Positions 18,588 through 20,000 of a stretch of 20,000 bases of DNA are shown here, piece by piece. The translations under genes and the position numbers were made by a program. Below the pieces are notes generated by a model, which saw only the letters and a list, made by a program, of their open reading frames with translations, was not told where the DNA came from and made no database searches. Numbering within the stretch: position 1 is the stretch's first letter; each line of letters opens with the position of its first letter. This DNA comes from Albugo candida (Eukaryota). The stretch is taken from NCBI GenBank assembly GCA_040437565.1, contig JBDOQK010000064.1:170145-190144 (forward strand). The letters are read 5' to 3'.

Positions 18588-19063
18588 CGACTCAGTTCCC
18601 AAATGAAATTTGCTTTTGGGACGTTGATGAGAGTGGAGATATATCGATGGGTGTGGGAAAGAAAGAATTTCATTACAAATCAATCTCAACTGTCGGTTCT
18701 TGTGGATATTAAACGATATTACTTTTATCGTGTTTAAGCTTATAGAGACATAGATCTTGGCTAGTTGAAAACCTGTATCATTACTTGATCACGGTAATAA
18801 TCCGTATGCTCGATGAAAAAAAAGCATTTGCTATCTGTAACGACAAGAATGGAACCCAGAGATTCTCTAAGCAAAAAAGCAACCCGCCTTGACGACAACG
18901 TGCGCAAGAGAAAGAGCGGTGGCTTAATCTATAGCGCTTGAAATAATCAAAATTCGATAGATTGCACAGTCGATAATAGTGGAGCTATGATCGCATGCAT
19001 GCGATAATTTCATATCTTCACAGTTCTTCAGAGTTCTTCTGAAGAACCTTATCTCTAGTATGA

Positions 19064-19173
19064 TTGATCACAGCAGCATTGAGAAGATTGTTTCTCCGTT
19101 GCTATTGCTGACATGACAGAAGAAAAAGTGTTTATATCGTAAGTCATAATCCATCAAACAAGCTCAAACAAAG
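19064..19173 (+). repeat. Diverged direct repeat, copy 1 (110 bp)
   Basis: Ungapped alignment to 19891..20000 with 18 mismatches in 110 bp (about 84% identity, counted by hand). Confidence 0.9.
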
Positions 19174-19343
19174 CATAGACTTGAATCTGTTACTGGCTTA
19201 TACCATAATTACAGCACATTTTGACCTTGTTCATCTTAGAAACATGACCTTTTTAGGTTTGAGTGAGAACACTCCTACAAAAATGTGGCTTTGTCGGTTT
19301 TTTTTAAATTCGATGATTGACTTTGCGACTAAGATATTCCATT

Positions 19344-19795
19344 TATCTCATTTTTACCGGAGCAAGAAATGCGTCTTACACGCTCGTACTTTCTATTCGA
19401 CACGTTTTTCATTTAAATCACGATGCGTTCTCACATTGAATGATACCAAACGAAGATAGAAGCAGAAAGCATGGAAAGGATACCCTTTTCACTAGTCAGA
19501 AGTTTCAGCCATCAAATCTNNNNNNNNNNNNNNNNNNNNNNNNNNNNNNNNNNNNNNNNNNNNNNNNNNNNNNNNNNNNNNNNNNNNNNNNNNNNNNNNN
19601 NNNNNNNNNNNNNNNNNNNTATCTCATTTTTACCGGAGCAAGAAATGCGTCTTACACGCTCGTACTTTCTATTCGACACGTTTTTCATTTAAATCACGAT
19701 GCGTTCTCACATTGAATGATACCAAACGAAGATAGAAGCAGAAAGCATGGAAAGGATACCCTTTTCACTAGTCAGAAGTTTCAGCCATCAAATCT
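19344..19795. other. Assembly gap (100 N, 19520..19619) flanked by an exact 176-bp duplication
   Basis: 19344..19519 appears identical to 19620..19795, both copies abutting the gap. Confidence 0.93.
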
Positions 19796-19890
19796 GTCCA
19801 CACTAAAGCTCATCAAGAAAATGATACTTTAAAAAGTCGTCTCTGGAGTTCCTCTTGAGAACTTTTGAAAGCACCCCATGGATGCTAATA

Positions 19891-20000
19891 TTGATCACAG
19901 TAGCACTAAGAAAACTGTCTATCCGGTACTATTGCTGACATGATAGGAAAAAAAGTATTCATAACGCGAGTCATAATCCTTCAAACAAGCTCAAACAAAG
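19891..20000 (+). repeat. Diverged direct repeat, copy 2 (cut by the window end)
   Basis: TTGATCACAG...CTATTGCTGACATGA...AGTCATAATCC.TCAAACAAGCTCAAACAAAG shared with 19064..19173. Confidence 0.9.

Noticed and set aside
15938..18689. Three separate genes, or a split/prokaryotic-style short Argonaute system, or introns at the breaks
   Set aside because: The pieces are collinear parts of one eukaryotic AGO with no missing or extra residues at the junctions, leaving no room for introns or intergenic sequence.
1..20000. tRNA, rRNA, CRISPR arrays or intact transposons
   Set aside because: No cloverleaf, rRNA-like sequence, regularly spaced repeat-spacer array or transposase/RT ORF recognised.

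Overview
Eukaryotic, gene-dense, intron-poor scaffold segment. Gene content and motif variants point to an oomycete; the compact, AT-leaning layout would fit an Albugo-like white rust (inference, not verified). In order: the 5' part of a full-size ABCG/PDR transporter (- strand, runs off the left edge, absent from the ORF track), a candidate small secreted glycoprotein, an AN1/C2H2 zinc-finger protein, a long protein with an NF-YB-type histone fold, an uncharacterised protein with a His-rich tail, a two-exon centrin, a second candidate small secreted protein, a C2-domain protein with a tau-repeat-like motif, a membrane-anchored pepsin-family aspartic protease, and a full-length Argonaute broken by one in-frame TAA and one +1 frameshift but retaining the DEDH slicer tetrad. 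Three 100-N gaps are each flanked by exact duplications (assembly artefacts). One real, diverged 110-bp direct repeat lies upstream of the Argonaute. I see no convincing new multi-gene system; the disrupted Argonaute and the C2/tau-like protein are the best leads. All family calls come from motif recognition by eye, with no database searches run.
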